62,000 nt of DNA. Source: Vicugna vicugna. Taxonomy: Eukaryota. The notes beneath the pieces are model-generated. The model was not told the origin of the DNA. It saw nothing but the letters and a program-made list of their open reading frames with translations, and made no database searches. The stretch covers positions 1,749,061 to 1,811,060 of the forward strand of contig MU058423.1 of NCBI GenBank assembly GCA_013265495.1, read 5' to 3'. The translations under genes were made by a program, and so were the position numbers. Below are positions 49,755-62,000 of this stretch, piece by piece. Every line of letters starts with the position of its first letter. The stretch's first letter is position 1.

Positions 49755-50930
49755 CATCTGTAAAAATTAATGCAAAATGCATCATATCCCTGAAGGTAAA
49801 ACATAAAACTATAAAACCTCTAGGAGAAAACTGGGGAGAAAAATCTTTATGATCTTGAGTTAGGCAGAGTTCTTAGAGATAGCACCAAAAGCATCATTTT
49901 TTTTTAAATGACAAATTAAACTTTACCAAAATTTACAATTTTTGCTCTGTGAGGGAAACTGTGAAAAGAATGAAGACAAACCACAAACTGCAAGAAAATA
50001 TTCGCAAATTACATATGGAATTTTGTTCTCTAACTTGCGTCCAGTATATATGAAGAACTCTCACAACTCAACAGTAAGAAAACACAAGCAACCCCTCCCC
50101 AAACGGGCAAAAGCTTTGAATAGATATTTTACTAAAAACAAAAAAGTGGATGAGAAATAAGCACATGAAAAGGTGCTCAACCTCATTAGTCATTAAAGAA
50201 ATGCAAATTAAAGCTACAATATGTGTGGTTTTACCATATGTGTAGATACACTACACACCTATTAGAATGGCTAAAAGAAAAAATCCTGACAGTACCAAGC
50301 GTTAGCAAGACTGTGGAATAACTGAACTCTCATACATAACTGGCTGCAAACTGCTTCAGCCACTTTGGAAATCAGTCTAATAGTTTCTTATAAAGCCAAA
50401 CATACACTTAATACATTACCTACTCATCTTACTCCTAGATATGTACCTAAGAGAAATGAAAGCTTATGTTCATGTGAAAACCACTATGTGTATGTTTAGA
50501 GCAGCTTTATTCACAATTATTGGGAACAACTCAAATGCCCTTCAACCAGTTACTGGATAAACAAACCGGTACATCCAAACAATAGAGTACTATTCATCAA
50601 TAAAATGTCATGCACTATATACACACAATGGTGTGGCTGGATCTCAAATGCATTTTGCTAAGTGAAAGAAGCCAGACCCAAAGGTTACAAAATACATGCT
50701 TTTATTCATATGATTTTTCTGGAAAAGGCAAAACTATGAACTTGGAGAATAGATGAGTGGTTTCCAAGGGCGAGGAGGAGTTGACTATGAAAGGACAACA
50801 CAAGGGAATTATGTAGAGTGATGGAACTTTTCTGTATCTTGATTATGGTGGTGGATATACAACTCCGTGCTTTGCCAAAATCCATAGAACTATACACCAC
50901 AAAGAATGCAGTGTACTGTACGTAATATAT
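49755..50930 (+). mobile_element. Old L1M 3' region (ORF2 end and 3'UTR)
   Basis: aaaactataaaacctctaggagaaaac, aagcacatgaaaaggtgctcaacctcattagtcattaaagaaatgcaaattaaa, cagccactttggaaa, gctaagtgaaagaagccagac. Confidence 0.85.
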
Positions 50931-50949
50931 TAAAGAGCTGAATCTAATA

Positions 50950-53170
50950 ATATGCTTTTTAAAACAAAGAAGAGATTATAAGTGATAAAAGAAAAAAGTA
51001 AGTTGGCAAGAGTTCAGGAAAGAAATGAAAAAGAAAAATTAAAATATCACAAGTTTGAAAGTCACGTTAAAATAATTAAAAACAGAAGACACATAAGTAA
51101 AACACTGTCAACAACACAGTAGACAAGACAGAAGAGATTACAAAACAATGATAAAAAGAATAAAGATATAAGATTATTGCACAAAGCATTAAAAATACAA
51201 ATGACAATTATGACCCAATGTGAACTACATTGCTATTCATGGAAAAGGGAACAGAACTAGTTGAATAAGTGAAGGATTCAAAGATACAGTAAAAGAAAAC
51301 TTTTTTGAAAAATCTGCATATCAGAAAGGGTACACAGTGTTCCAAGAAATTAAAAAAATCTATGAGGAAGAATCTATATCATTCTGCTAAAATTATTGAA
51401 ATTCAAAGATAAAGAATCACAGCAACATGAGAAAGAAAAAAAGTTACTTGTTATAATATGGAAAATATTAATTTGTTAGTCAATTCTTTCATTTAATCAA
51501 TACATATTGAGCAACTATATTATGCCAGGCACTATTACAGATGCTAGAGATGAATTAATGACTAAAACAGAGTCCCTGATCTCATGGAGCTTACATCCTA
51601 GCAAGAGGAGACAAGAAACACAAAATAATATCTGTCAATAAAGACGTATAATGTCAGTTAGTGATATGAGTGATGAAGAGCAATAAGGGAGGACTGGGGA
51701 CAATGATTCAAGGAAATGTAAGAAGATTGTGGCTAGAACACAGTGAGTGAATGAATGACTGGTGATGTCAGAGGGGCCATCTGGGCAGGATATTGTAAGG
51801 TCTTATAGAATATATTCTAAATGTGATGGAAGACCATAAAAGGGCAGAGAACAGGGAGGTGACATGATTTAATTTTAAAAGGATAACTGGCTACTGTGTG
51901 AGTTATCCATTGGATAGGATAAGGTGGGACAGGGTAGAAGACGGTAGGATGGGGCAGAGTAGGGTGGGGCAAGACGGGACAGAATGGATGGGGTGGGATT
52001 TGATAGAACAAGAGAATAGAAGCAAGAAGTCAGTTAGGAGGTAATCACAATCGTACAAGGGAGATTTGTGGTGACTTCTATGGAATCAGTGGAAGAGATA
52101 AGTGGTCAGAATATGGATCTACTTTGAAGACAGAGTTATCTTTTCTGCTGAAGGACTGAAAATAAGGTACAAGAGAAAGAATAACACCAAGGACTTGGCC
52201 TGGACAGCTAAGTGGTGCCTAACAGTGGTTCTATTGCCTGTACTGGGAAACCCCAGTGGAGGAATGTTTGGGGGAGTTCAATTTTGGTCATGTTAACTTT
52301 GCACAGCCTATTAGCGCTCCAAGAGGAAATGCCTCAGACTTCTCCTTAGCCACGCTCAACTTTAAAGACAGGGAAATAATGCCTCCAGCATTCCGAGAAA
52401 AGAAACACAGCTGCAAGTAGAAAACCAGTGGACAGACAGAGTGCATGGAACATAAGGACCCATCTTCAGAAAAGGTCTTTGACGATAAGTTTAGCCAACC
52501 AAAAAGTGGATCAAAATAATTCAAAGAGAGAAAATTGGTGGTTAAAAAACCCAACAACTGGTAGCAAGCATTCCATAGTAGTCCACAGACCATAGGTTAA
52601 GATTAAGTAGAAATTACAGTTATAGAACAGAAAGTAAACAATATGAAAGCAATTCTTTAAATAAGGGACTTGCATTGTGGAAGAGAGGCGTAACAAGCTC
52701 ATTTTCTTATTTTTTATAACAAGAATCACTAGATAATGTCTCACATTGAAGTTTTGCTTAAAACTTACTTTACTCTCTTAACATTTCCGACATTTTCTCT
52801 TAATTTTGAAGGCCATTTTAAGAACAAATATTTCCTGTGGTTAAAGAAAAAAAGTATCTGATATTCAGAAATTCTGTGTCAATTCCTTGAGTTTTTATTG
52901 TCCAATTAAACATTTCAGCTAAATTTAATACTTTTTTAGTAAAAATGCCATGCACAGTATGATTCCCTCTTGGTAAAATTATTTCCCCTATCTACCTAAC
53001 TGTCCTCATTCTACTCCTCTCAAGGTACCAATACATAGAGACATGACCAAAATGCTTGCCACAGATTGTTAATGGTGACTCTTTTGGGGTAATATGAACT
53101 GGGTGAATTTTTTCTCAGTCAAATATTTTTTACCATCAATTATTTACATGTAACTACAAAAGACGATTAA
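50950..53170. mobile_element. Highly decayed A-rich L1 remnants with an antisense L2 at about 51490-52330
   Basis: A-rich sense-L1-like tracts flank atattgagcaactatattatgccaggcactattacagatgctagagat...ccctgatctcatggagcttacatcctag (L2 antisense). A degenerate pentamer repeat sits at about 51910-52010. Confidence 0.6.
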
Positions 53171-54490
53171 TTTTGAAAACTGAGTAGCAAGCACAAACTC
53201 AGCTGGGCAGTAAAGGTTCTAGGTATTTGAAAGTTTTAGGAGAAGGTAAATTGAGCCACCCTGTGGTCATTGTCTGGTTCCAGCTTCCCTGGGTGTTTGC
53301 ACCAGCCCCACGTGGGGAAGTCAGAGGTCAAGGACATGACTGAGTCCTGGGACACCAGGGCTCCCCACACTAGGAGACCAGGCAGCAGGTAGTGCTGAAA
53401 TTCAGAACAGGGATCAGATGTCCAGCAAACATGTGGGTGGAAGGTGGGGAGCAAAGGGAGGGAGCTCTGTATTTTTCTGTTTCTAAACTCACTCTGGACA
53501 ATCTCCCGTTCTCAGGAGTTGGTCAAAGCAGAAATTTCTGGGAGGTGGGGAACGAGTGTCCTCAGCTAGTCTGTCTGTGAGCTTTTAGAGTAGCAAACAG
53601 AACCCACTAGAAGCCAAGTGAGATTTCTAAAAACAACACTGCCCAACTTGCAAGATTCCTTTGTGATAAGCCAGAAAGTCACTGTGAGTCCTGGTGTCAG
53701 GAAGACATTCAGCAGAGCCTCTCAGGAAGCCCTGTGGGCGACTTACAGAAGGCTCCAGGGGAGGGTGGGCGTGGAGGCTGCTCTGGGCTGGGTGCTGGCT
53801 CTGTCCTGATCAGCCTCCCCACTGACCCCTGGGATAAGGAAATGGATAGTGGGCTTATCCAACCTGAGAAGGCACAAAGCCAGGAGAGGTGTCAGAGTCC
53901 ATCTTGAAAGATTCTGCAGTCTGGAGCAATGAGCTGAAATGTAACACACTCAGCTAAATAAACACAGAATGGGAGACACCTAGCTTGGCAGCATTTCTTC
54001 AGGAAAAGATTGGGGATTCAATTGACTTGTCTTTATATTAACAGATCCTACGATATTGCTCCCCAAAGCCCTTACTTGCTATTCCCAAACACGCAGCCCT
54101 CACCTGGGCTTTGTAGAGCATGCGGTTTCCTAGGTAACTCGTACCCTTCACCCTCTTCATCAAGGCTCTCCCTCCTCCAGACTCGGGTATCAGTCTGCTC
54201 CTTCAGGAGAACCCCAGGTGCCCCCACCCCTCTGTGCTGTCTAAACCATTAGTCCAAACCTATCCTAGTTTTTACCCAAGTGTCTTTATCATCAGGCATG
54301 TCCTTTGTCTTTGTAAGAAGACCTAAGCTTCTGTGTCTTTGCCCTTTGTGTCCCCATCACTCAGCACCGCGCCCAGAACAGGATGACTGAGGAATAAATG
54401 CCTGATAAAGGAGGAGATGAGTGAGTGAACAAAACACAAGGAAGCAGCAAGGGACTAACCCCTGACTTCCAAGACCACATCTCCTCTAGA

Positions 54491-54509
54491 TCACGCCCTC
54501 TGGTGTTCC
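54491..54509 (-). promoter_or_regulatory. CTCF-like motif
   Basis: Reverse complement GGAACACCAGAGGGCGTGA; core CACCAGAGGGCG. Confidence 0.45.
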
Positions 54510-54643
54510 GTAACCTCAGCATTAATTCCAAACTCCCAGAAGTTTTGGATTACTGGGGCTCTGAGGTTTTCTAAGGAGAGCCACACTTGGTAAACTCATT
54601 CTGCTCCTGGGTGAAATGAGCAGATTGGATTGACAGCTCTAGC

Positions 54644-54795
54644 CAGTGCCAGCTTCACAGGCAGGCAGTGCAGTCACCGAGCACGCCATGTGTGTTAGAG
54701 CTCTCTTGTCACCATCTTGAAATTCTTAATTTTTGAACAAGGCACCAAACATTTTCAGTTAGCAATGAGCTCTGCAAATTATGTAGCTGGTCCTG
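54644..54795 (+). mobile_element. MER45A-like hAT-Tip100 MITE
   Basis: cagtgccagcttcac...gtcaccatcttgaaattcttaatttttgaacaagg...tgcaaattatgtagctggtcctg matches the remembered MER45A consensus including both termini. Confidence 0.8.
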
Positions 54796-55039
54796 TTGGT
54801 CTAGGAGTATGAAAAAAAATTTATTTTCACTATAAGCTTAAACCATTTGATGAATAGTAAAACCTATGCCAACTTGCATCTAATCTTTGTCAATTCATGG
54901 AACAAATATTGGCCTATATTTTGCATGATTGTCATCAGAAAATACATATTACTTATCCTTTCCCCACTTAGCATCATTTTGCACGCACATCCTTGTCCAT
55001 GCCTTGACATAGTTCCCATATTTGTCAGCTTAAACAGTT

Positions 55040-55310
55040 CTGTCATATTCTAGAATGTAAATACACCATGGATTTTAAGCCAAACCCCGATGGCTAGGCA
55101 TTTGGGTTGCTTCCAGTTTTTATAAATAGCATTTCTAAGAGCAACTAAGCACAAATTACTTTCTTTTTTCTTTTTTAGGCTATTTCCTTGGCGTATATTC
55201 TCAGAAGTGGAATTATCGGGTCGAAGGGTAGACATAATTTTATAGCTCTTAAATATTACTGGATTGTTCTCTTGAAAAGCTGGGCCAACTTATGGAGCCA
55301 TCAGTAATAT
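55040..55310 (-). mobile_element. L1ME-type fragment
   Basis: gatggctaggcatttgggttgcttccagtttt...ctcagaagtggaattatcgggtcgaagggta. Confidence 0.7.
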
Positions 55311-55989
55311 ACATGTAATTGCTTCTCAAGTTCTGAAATAATTTCCTACTAGGTTAATAGGTATGTAACGATACCTTAAAATTGAAAATAGCTTAAATGT
55401 TCAGCAATAAAGAAGTAAGTTTTAAAGGCATGGTAAGCCTGTATATCTTTACTGTATGGTCAGTAAGAATCAGTTTTAAGGGCACCCAAGTCCACTGGCC
55501 TGGCACACAGTCAGTCTCCCTCCCAGTCTTGGCTACTTTGTGCTCTGCAAGGACATCTCAAGCAGGGATCCCCAGACCTGTGCTACAGAGGCAGACAGGG
55601 CAAGCTAGGTCCTGGCCCCACCATTCCTAGCTGTGCAGCTCTGTGAGCCTCTGCTTCTACCCATGAGCTTGGGGTGATCCCCACCAAGTGCCAACCAGTG
55701 TTGAGAGAGGATTCAATAAAATAATGTAGGAAGCAGAATCTTTGAAAGCATCCAAGATAGTTACTGGCATTATCTTCCAGGAAGAGTTGCTTGTGCAGAG
55801 CCCCTGACCAATCCTGGTGCTCCCGGGTGATGGGATGACTCTCCACGGAATCTTAGCTGTGGTCGGGCAAGAAGAAACAGCTGTGACTACTGCTGCCCAC
55901 GACCTGAGCTCTGCGCCTTCCGGGAGGGAGGAGGCCAGTCTGGGACCCGCTCTGGTCTTCCCTTGAACCTCATGGTAATATGTACTTTC

Positions 55990-58460
55990 TTGAACATTTA
56001 AAAGCACTAACTGTTCCATGTGTTTTACCAAATTCACCCACTTAATCATCCTAACAATGCGGTGAGATGGAGACGGTCCCATTGTATAGGTGAGGAAAGA
56101 GAGGCAGAAGGGGTTGAGTGACTCACTCCAAACAAGTCACCAGATGGCTCGTGATGGAGCCGGCACGCAAGCCCAGGAAGTCCAGCACTAGCTCCAGAAC
56201 CCACGTGCGTGTCCTGTAAGCTACACTACCACTAAATGAATCAGGGGACACCAGAACCGACCCAGCCCTGAGCATCACCCATTCCAACCCCTCCATTTTT
56301 GAGATAAGGAAACTGAGGGCTTATCAAAGAAGATGACAGAAAAACACAGTGTGCAGGAGCTAAACTGGATGAAAAGCCAGGCCTCCTGACTCCCAAGGCA
56401 GGGCTCTCCCTCCCACGTCTCAGAGTGGCCCATCTGATGCCCTGAGATCAGTGACTGGGCTGAGAGGGGCTAACCTCCCATAGGCCCCATCCCTGAGGGC
56501 TCAGGCCAGGGAACTGAGCAGTCACAATGCTGACGGAAAATCAGACTGACAGGTCAGCTCTGGAAAAATCAAGCTGAGACCAGTGTTTTCTGGAGAAACA
56601 CCAAAACCACCATTTGCTCTGGCCAACAGAGCAGTTTCTTTCAGGTTATTTCTGTCCAGAGGAGTCAAGGGTATGGAGAGAGAGGCGGCTAAAGCACTTT
56701 TCTTTTAAAGAACCTAATGCAGAAGGACAGAGGAAGATGGTCTCCCCAAGGGGGACACATCGGCCCAGGAGAGGCACCTTCCCACCAGTTCTGTCCATCC
56801 ATCCCCTCCTCTTCCCTCCCAGCCTCCCGCACCCAGGCCTCCCTGCATCAGGACTCCTCTCGGCTCCACTGGCTCCTTCTGACGTGAGGTGCTTCCTCCC
56901 TTCCCCTCTGCCTTTGCTGACGTGCTCCTTCTTTGAGCCTCTACAGTTATAAATAAATGATGTCTGGATTGATTAGAGAATTGGCTTTCCCTCCAGCAAC
57001 AACCCTGACCTTTCATTTCTAAAAATCTTGCTGCCAACCAGCATCTTTCAAATTTCCTGTTGTTTTGGGACTTTAGCAAAAAGAGTCCTCACCTGGGAAT
57101 GCAAGAATACTAAATCTGGAGTCGAGCGAGGAGGGTCCAGTCCTAGTTCTGTCAGTGATGCTCTGTGTCCTTGGGCAAGTCATTCAATTCTCTGAGCCTC
57201 AGTTTGCTTGTCGATAAAGGGGATGGTTAATTCCTGGCCATTTTTCTTACAAAATTATTGGACAAAGTGAATGAGATAAGTGTGAAAACACAGTGAACTC
57301 TAATGCCCAATGCAGATGGCACCTTGCAGGTGGCCGGCTCTGTGACCCTGGCAAGTCCTAGTAATTGCTTTGAGCTTCACTTTCTTCCTCCATAATAGAC
57401 ATAATCACACCTTTTCTTCTCCAATGTTGTTTTGGGAACAAAAAGGACCTATATATGAAGGCATTTTTAAATAATAAAAAGCCCCACCCCACTGATATAT
57501 AGTGATTATAAATGATGCTTATGGAGAGTATTAAAATGAAACAAATAAATCATTGTGCTATAAGTGAAAAATCCAAGACATATACAGTTTATAACGAAAA
57601 AACACATAGAAGTGACTAGAAGGAACAATGACAAAATGCCAACAAGCAGATGTCTCCGATTATGTGGATACTTTACCTGCTTTATGAATTTCGTTTTTTC
57701 CTACAATGAGCATATATCAATAGTTTACAGAGTGGGGGATGGGATTAGAATAGTTTCTATTAAGTTTTTTTAAAAATTGTTAAGAAGTCTTGTTCTCAGA
57801 TTGCTCGGACAGGAACGCAGCATGAAAAGCCAGATCAATGCTGTTGACACAAAATCTGCTGGGCACCGTGTCTCAGGGAGAGGGAGGGAGGAGGGGAGGT
57901 GGCCAAACAGCCAGTCCAGAAGCCACAGGAGCACCTAGCTGGGATTTCCATGGGCCATCACAGAACAGCAGAGTTGGCAGGAAGCTCAGAAACCCCTAGT
58001 CACTCACCATGCCCACTTTCCAGATAAAAATCTGGGGCCAAAATGGGAAAAAGTGACTTGTCCAAGACACCAGGTCTCTCACTCCTGCTTCTCTAGCCTT
58101 TCTGTGTCATCTCTATGGGGCTGCAAATGGTTTGCCCCCCAGGCTGGTGCCGTTCTGCTCTTTAGCTGATACCTTCCCGGTTCTCTGGTCAGCATATCTG
58201 CTGGGGAATCAGAATCACTCATGAGAACTTGGGCACAACATAGTCAGGTTGTGAACCTGCCTACCCTTGTCCAGAAAAGAAAGCCATTGCAAATACAGCA
58301 GCTGAATAATAGAATTTTGAGATCCTAGAGCTTGGCACAACATCTTCATCCTGCAGATGACAGGACTGAAGCATGGACCCGGAGTGACTTACACAAATTT
58401 ACCAGGTTAGTCTGTGGATGTGCCAGGTCACACATCTAGTGCTTTTTATTCCTAGTTCTG
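55990..58460. mobile_element. Scattered MIR fragments (55990-56190, 56270-56400, 57100-57290, 57335-57470, 57960-58090, 58310-58460)
   Basis: MIR core phrases such as ctctgtgtccttgggcaagtcattcaattctctgagcctcagtttg and cctccatttttgagataaggaaactgaggg. Confidence 0.6.
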
Positions 58461-58579
58461 TGTTCTTTCCCATTATTTGTGTTCAGCTCATCAAAATGAA
58501 TGAATGAATGAAACAAAAATTGATAATATGTATTGTAATTTAATAGATAATCATTACAGACTGGAATTTCAAAAATTTG

Positions 58580-60020
58580 GGGAACGTACCTAATAATCAA
58601 AGAGTTCATGTCTTAATGTACAAAGATCCTACAAACCAATAAAAGATAACCTAGTAGAAGAAAAGAGTGGATAAAGGATACAAAGAGGCCATTCATAGAG
58701 GAAGAAATACAAATAGCTGACAAATACATGTCCTAATTTTGTAAGACACGCTTGTCATAAAAATTTCAATTCATTCATAGGAGGATTGGTTGAGGAAGCT
58801 TGAGAAACCTTACTTTTTACCTTATGTATTTCTGCATTGTTTAAATTTATTATAATGAACACTTCGAAATTTTGAAAGAACTGGCCCTCTAACATATAAA
58901 CATACATAATCACACAGTTTGAAAGCTGAACAATTTCTTTGCTGTTTGGAATTATCTTGCCAGTATCTGCCTTTGTCCATCTAGAACATTAATATGCTCC
59001 AACAGCAAATAAATTATAATAGATTCACACCACAGACCAAAATTAATTCCAGATATGTCAAAATGCCAAAAGTGAAAAACAACTTTAAAATATTACATGA
59101 GAATAGAAAAGAATATAATCTTGGGCTGAGAAAGGCCTTCCTAAGCAAAACATAATACTGAAAGCCATAAAGAACATAGTTGACAGATCTGCCTACTTAC
59201 AAATTAAAACTTCTACACAACAAGACTACTAAACAGAGAAGACAAATGAGAGGATGGTAGGAAATATTTGCAATATATGAAACATACAAAGGATTAATGT
59301 GTAGACTTCAGGCAAAAACCTAAAATCAATTATAAAAGATCAAACATGCAATACACATAAAAATGGCAGAAATTCTAAATAGGTATTTCAGTAAAATAAG
59401 AAACTTCAATGTTTAATTAACAATTTTTAAGACGCTCTCCTTTATATGCAATTAGAATACCCTTCAAATATCTATGAAAAGTAGTTGAAAATTATAATCC
59501 AAGGAGGGAGGGTATAGCTCAAGTGGTAGAGCATGTGCTTAGCATGCGCGAGGTCCTAGGTTCAATCCCCAGTATCTCCATTAAAAAATAATAATAATTA
59601 AAATAAATAAACCTAATTACTTCCCCCTCAAAAAAATTATGATCCATACTATGGAATACTACAAAGGCATTTTGTCTTAAAATATGGTCAATCTCTATGT
59701 ACAAACATGGAAAGATCTCATACATTTCATTGAAGAATATGTAACAAAAACAATGCAAGTATTATGATCCCATTTATGCTTAAAAGCTTTACATCTGTTT
59801 TTATTTATGTACATATACATGTAAATGCATGGGCAAGGTTCCGGAGGAATACACATCAAACTGTGACCAGTGCCGTCCCTCTGGAAAGACGTAGGGATGA
59901 AGGAGGTAGCCTGGGAACCAAGGGGATGTTCACCATCTACTTCTTTGCCAATGTGTGTATTGTTTGAATCTTTGCAAAATTCTATTCCTCTATGACCTGT
60001 GTATTTTAGAAAAAATAAAA
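58580..60020 (+). mobile_element. Decayed L1M/L1ME fragments, host of the 59503 SINE
   Basis: aggccattcatagaggaagaaatacaaatagctgacaaatacatg, aaaattaattccagatatgtcaaa, aaggccttcctaagcaaaaca, atccatactatggaatactac. Confidence 0.75.
59503..59632 (+). mobile_element. tRNA-Ala-derived SINE (Vic-1 type, camelid)
   Basis: ggagggtatagctcaagtggtagagcatgtgcttagcatgcgcgaggtcctaggttcaatccccagtatctcca plus aaataaataaacctaattacttcccc tail. TSD aaaattataatcca (59488-59501) / aaaattatgatcca (59633-59646). Confidence 0.9.
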
Positions 60021-62000
60021 TAAAACAATAGTGAGGGCATCATGGCTGTGTTTTTCCTGAACCAGACTATCAGAAATTGCCTCAATTTTAGAAATAATCT
60101 CCTGAGATAGAAATGAGACAACCAACTTTAGAGGCATCAGGAAGTTTCTTCTAAGTTCACTCTCAGCCTTCATGGTGCATGAACATAGGCCTGTCGATCC
60201 TCAAGGTGCACATAGAAGCCACCCCCACTGTTGGCAAGAGAGACCTCTTCAGCCTCTCATATCAAAGTATCCCACCTTCATCCCTCCTCTCCCTTCGGGG
60301 CAGGTGCCAGTCTCTGCCTCTAACCAGGTCTCCTTGCTCCTGGAGCCCTCCTGGAGGAAGGACAGTTCCAGATCCTTTGCCAGGAAAGCCCAGGCTTCAG
60401 ACATTTCAAAGGAAGAAACTTTGCAACTCAGGCCACCCCAAAGAGAAGATCTCCCATTGCCTTCACCCAAGGGGTAAGCATTCCTCCTCCACGCCATTAG
60501 AAGATGCCAGACTCAGAAAGTTATCCATTCGCCTAGAGTGTGTGAGCACCTACTTACGTGCCAGATATCATGCAGGACTTCGTTTCATTCAGTGCAGGTT
60601 TCATTCAGGACACACCACAATCCCAAGGTAGGCACTCCTGCCTGTCTACCTCTAACCAACAAGAAAAACCAAGATCTGAAAGGTGATATCTCCAAAGATC
60701 AGTTCCACAAACGCAAATTAATCAAGTGCTCAGGCACAGGACAAGATGTTTGGGACCCACAGGGAAAAAAATATGGTCCTTATTCACCGATGAGGAATTC
60801 ACAGTCTAAATAAAGGCAGCGACTCTGAACAATGAGGAAATCTTAGGGCACAGGTTGAACTTCACAGAGAGGCCAGTGTCAGGCAAAGAGACTCATAATG
60901 GAAAACTACTTGACAATTGGACTCAAAAGTATGTCATCGTGCCTCCTGGTGCTCTATAGCTTTCAGAGATAGTGATAAGTGAGTGCTGGGCACCGGGGAT
61001 CCAGTGAAGGCTTCCCAAAAGAGACAGGCCAGGATTTGGACTCCAGTCTGAGTCCCCAGGCTCCATGCCCTTTCCACTTGCCACACTGCAACATCTCTTT
61101 CTCCACAGTGAGGGAATCTCAGGGTATAGCTTATACTCGAAAGGCGAGGTCAGTGTCAGACAAACAAATCATAATGAAAACCAGCCTGATGGAGTTTTAA
61201 TCAGAATTATGCCCCATATGACTCTGGGAAACACCATCAAGGATCCTAGTTTTCTCCTTTAGCCTTGACCTTGGGAAGTGCAGCCCCTCCGCTCAGCACC
61301 TCAAGTGCAGTTTTAGGGCTGACCCTGCTCTCTGTATGGCCTCTGGAACCTCACATTCCATGGTGCCATCTCTCCTTTCCAGACCCACTCACAGACATCC
61401 CCCTCCACTCCTCTGTCTTTGCTGCTTTCAACTTCTGAGCCGATCCTGGTGGCCACTTCTTCAAACCTCAATCAGTTCATCAAGTAGTCTGATCTAATTT
61501 CTCCACTCTTCATCCCTGCCTCGGGGACTCCTCCCAGAATCCACACAACGAGCAGCCCTCCCCCACATCCCAGCCTCCCCCTCTCAGCTTGGCTGTGCCT
61601 GTCATAGACTTCTCACTCAGCGCTCACGTTCTCCCAGCAGGGGCCTCCGCAGGGGCTAGCATCCTTGAGTTATCTCCCCATGAGTTACCTGCACTGCCGA
61701 CCACGTTTCTGATTTCCCCTGCCTCAGAGCAGGCACACCTCCCACATCATGTGTGCTCTTCACACCAGAGAGGGATGAAGTGCTTCTCCGATCACAGACC
61801 AATCCAGAGTGGGTCTTGACCATTCTGGAGACTTAAACAGGATACTTTTCCGTCTTCCCTCTTCCTCTGCACGCCTCTCAACACACACGAAGCACGCGCC
61901 AGCCACGCAGACACAGCTGTTTAGACAGAGGCATTGTGTTTCAGCTTAATGGAAGTCAGAGCTTCCACGGAGCCTCCCCTCCCCCAGATGCAGACATCAG

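Noticed and set aside
54360..54380. RE1-like tcagcaccgcgcccag
   Set aside because: Key GGAC bases are mismatched and it lies in what looks like an L2 3' tail.
59508..59580. Bona fide tRNA-Ala gene
   Set aside because: It has a SINE tail and TSD, sits inside an L1, has stem mismatches and no T-run terminator directly downstream. Treated as a SINE.
35400..62000. Neighbouring cluster genes KCNA10 or KCNA3
   Set aside because: No second T1/S4/GYGD-containing ORF anywhere in the window; they must lie outside it.

Overview
Mammalian genomic DNA. Two tRNA-Ala-derived Vic-1-type SINEs and young L1 3' tails suggest a camelid. The only supportable protein-coding gene is KCNA2 (Shaker-family channel Kv1.2), + strand, with an intronless 499-codon CDS at 24177-25676. 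A CpG-island promoter (about 20.9-22.65 kb) and predicted non-coding 5' exons precede it, and a probable 3'UTR of about 9.7 kb ends near a double AATAAA at 35374-35383. The flanks (1-20 kb and 36-62 kb) are non-coding and rich in decayed L1, L2, MIR, MLT1 and hAT elements, with several CTCF-like sites. I see no new gene system. The most interesting observations are regulatory or evolutionary: a decayed counterpart of the human truncated KCNA2 splice isoform, an 85-codon spliced uORF plus other uORFs, a cluster of Pumilio/UGUA elements before the distal poly(A) site, a dispersed 100-nt duplication in the 3'UTR, nested L1 tails with intact TSDs, and a SINE head that still folds almost like tRNA-Ala. 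Repeat names and boundaries were assigned by eye from remembered consensus sequences and are approximate. Comparisons to human are from memory and need checking.
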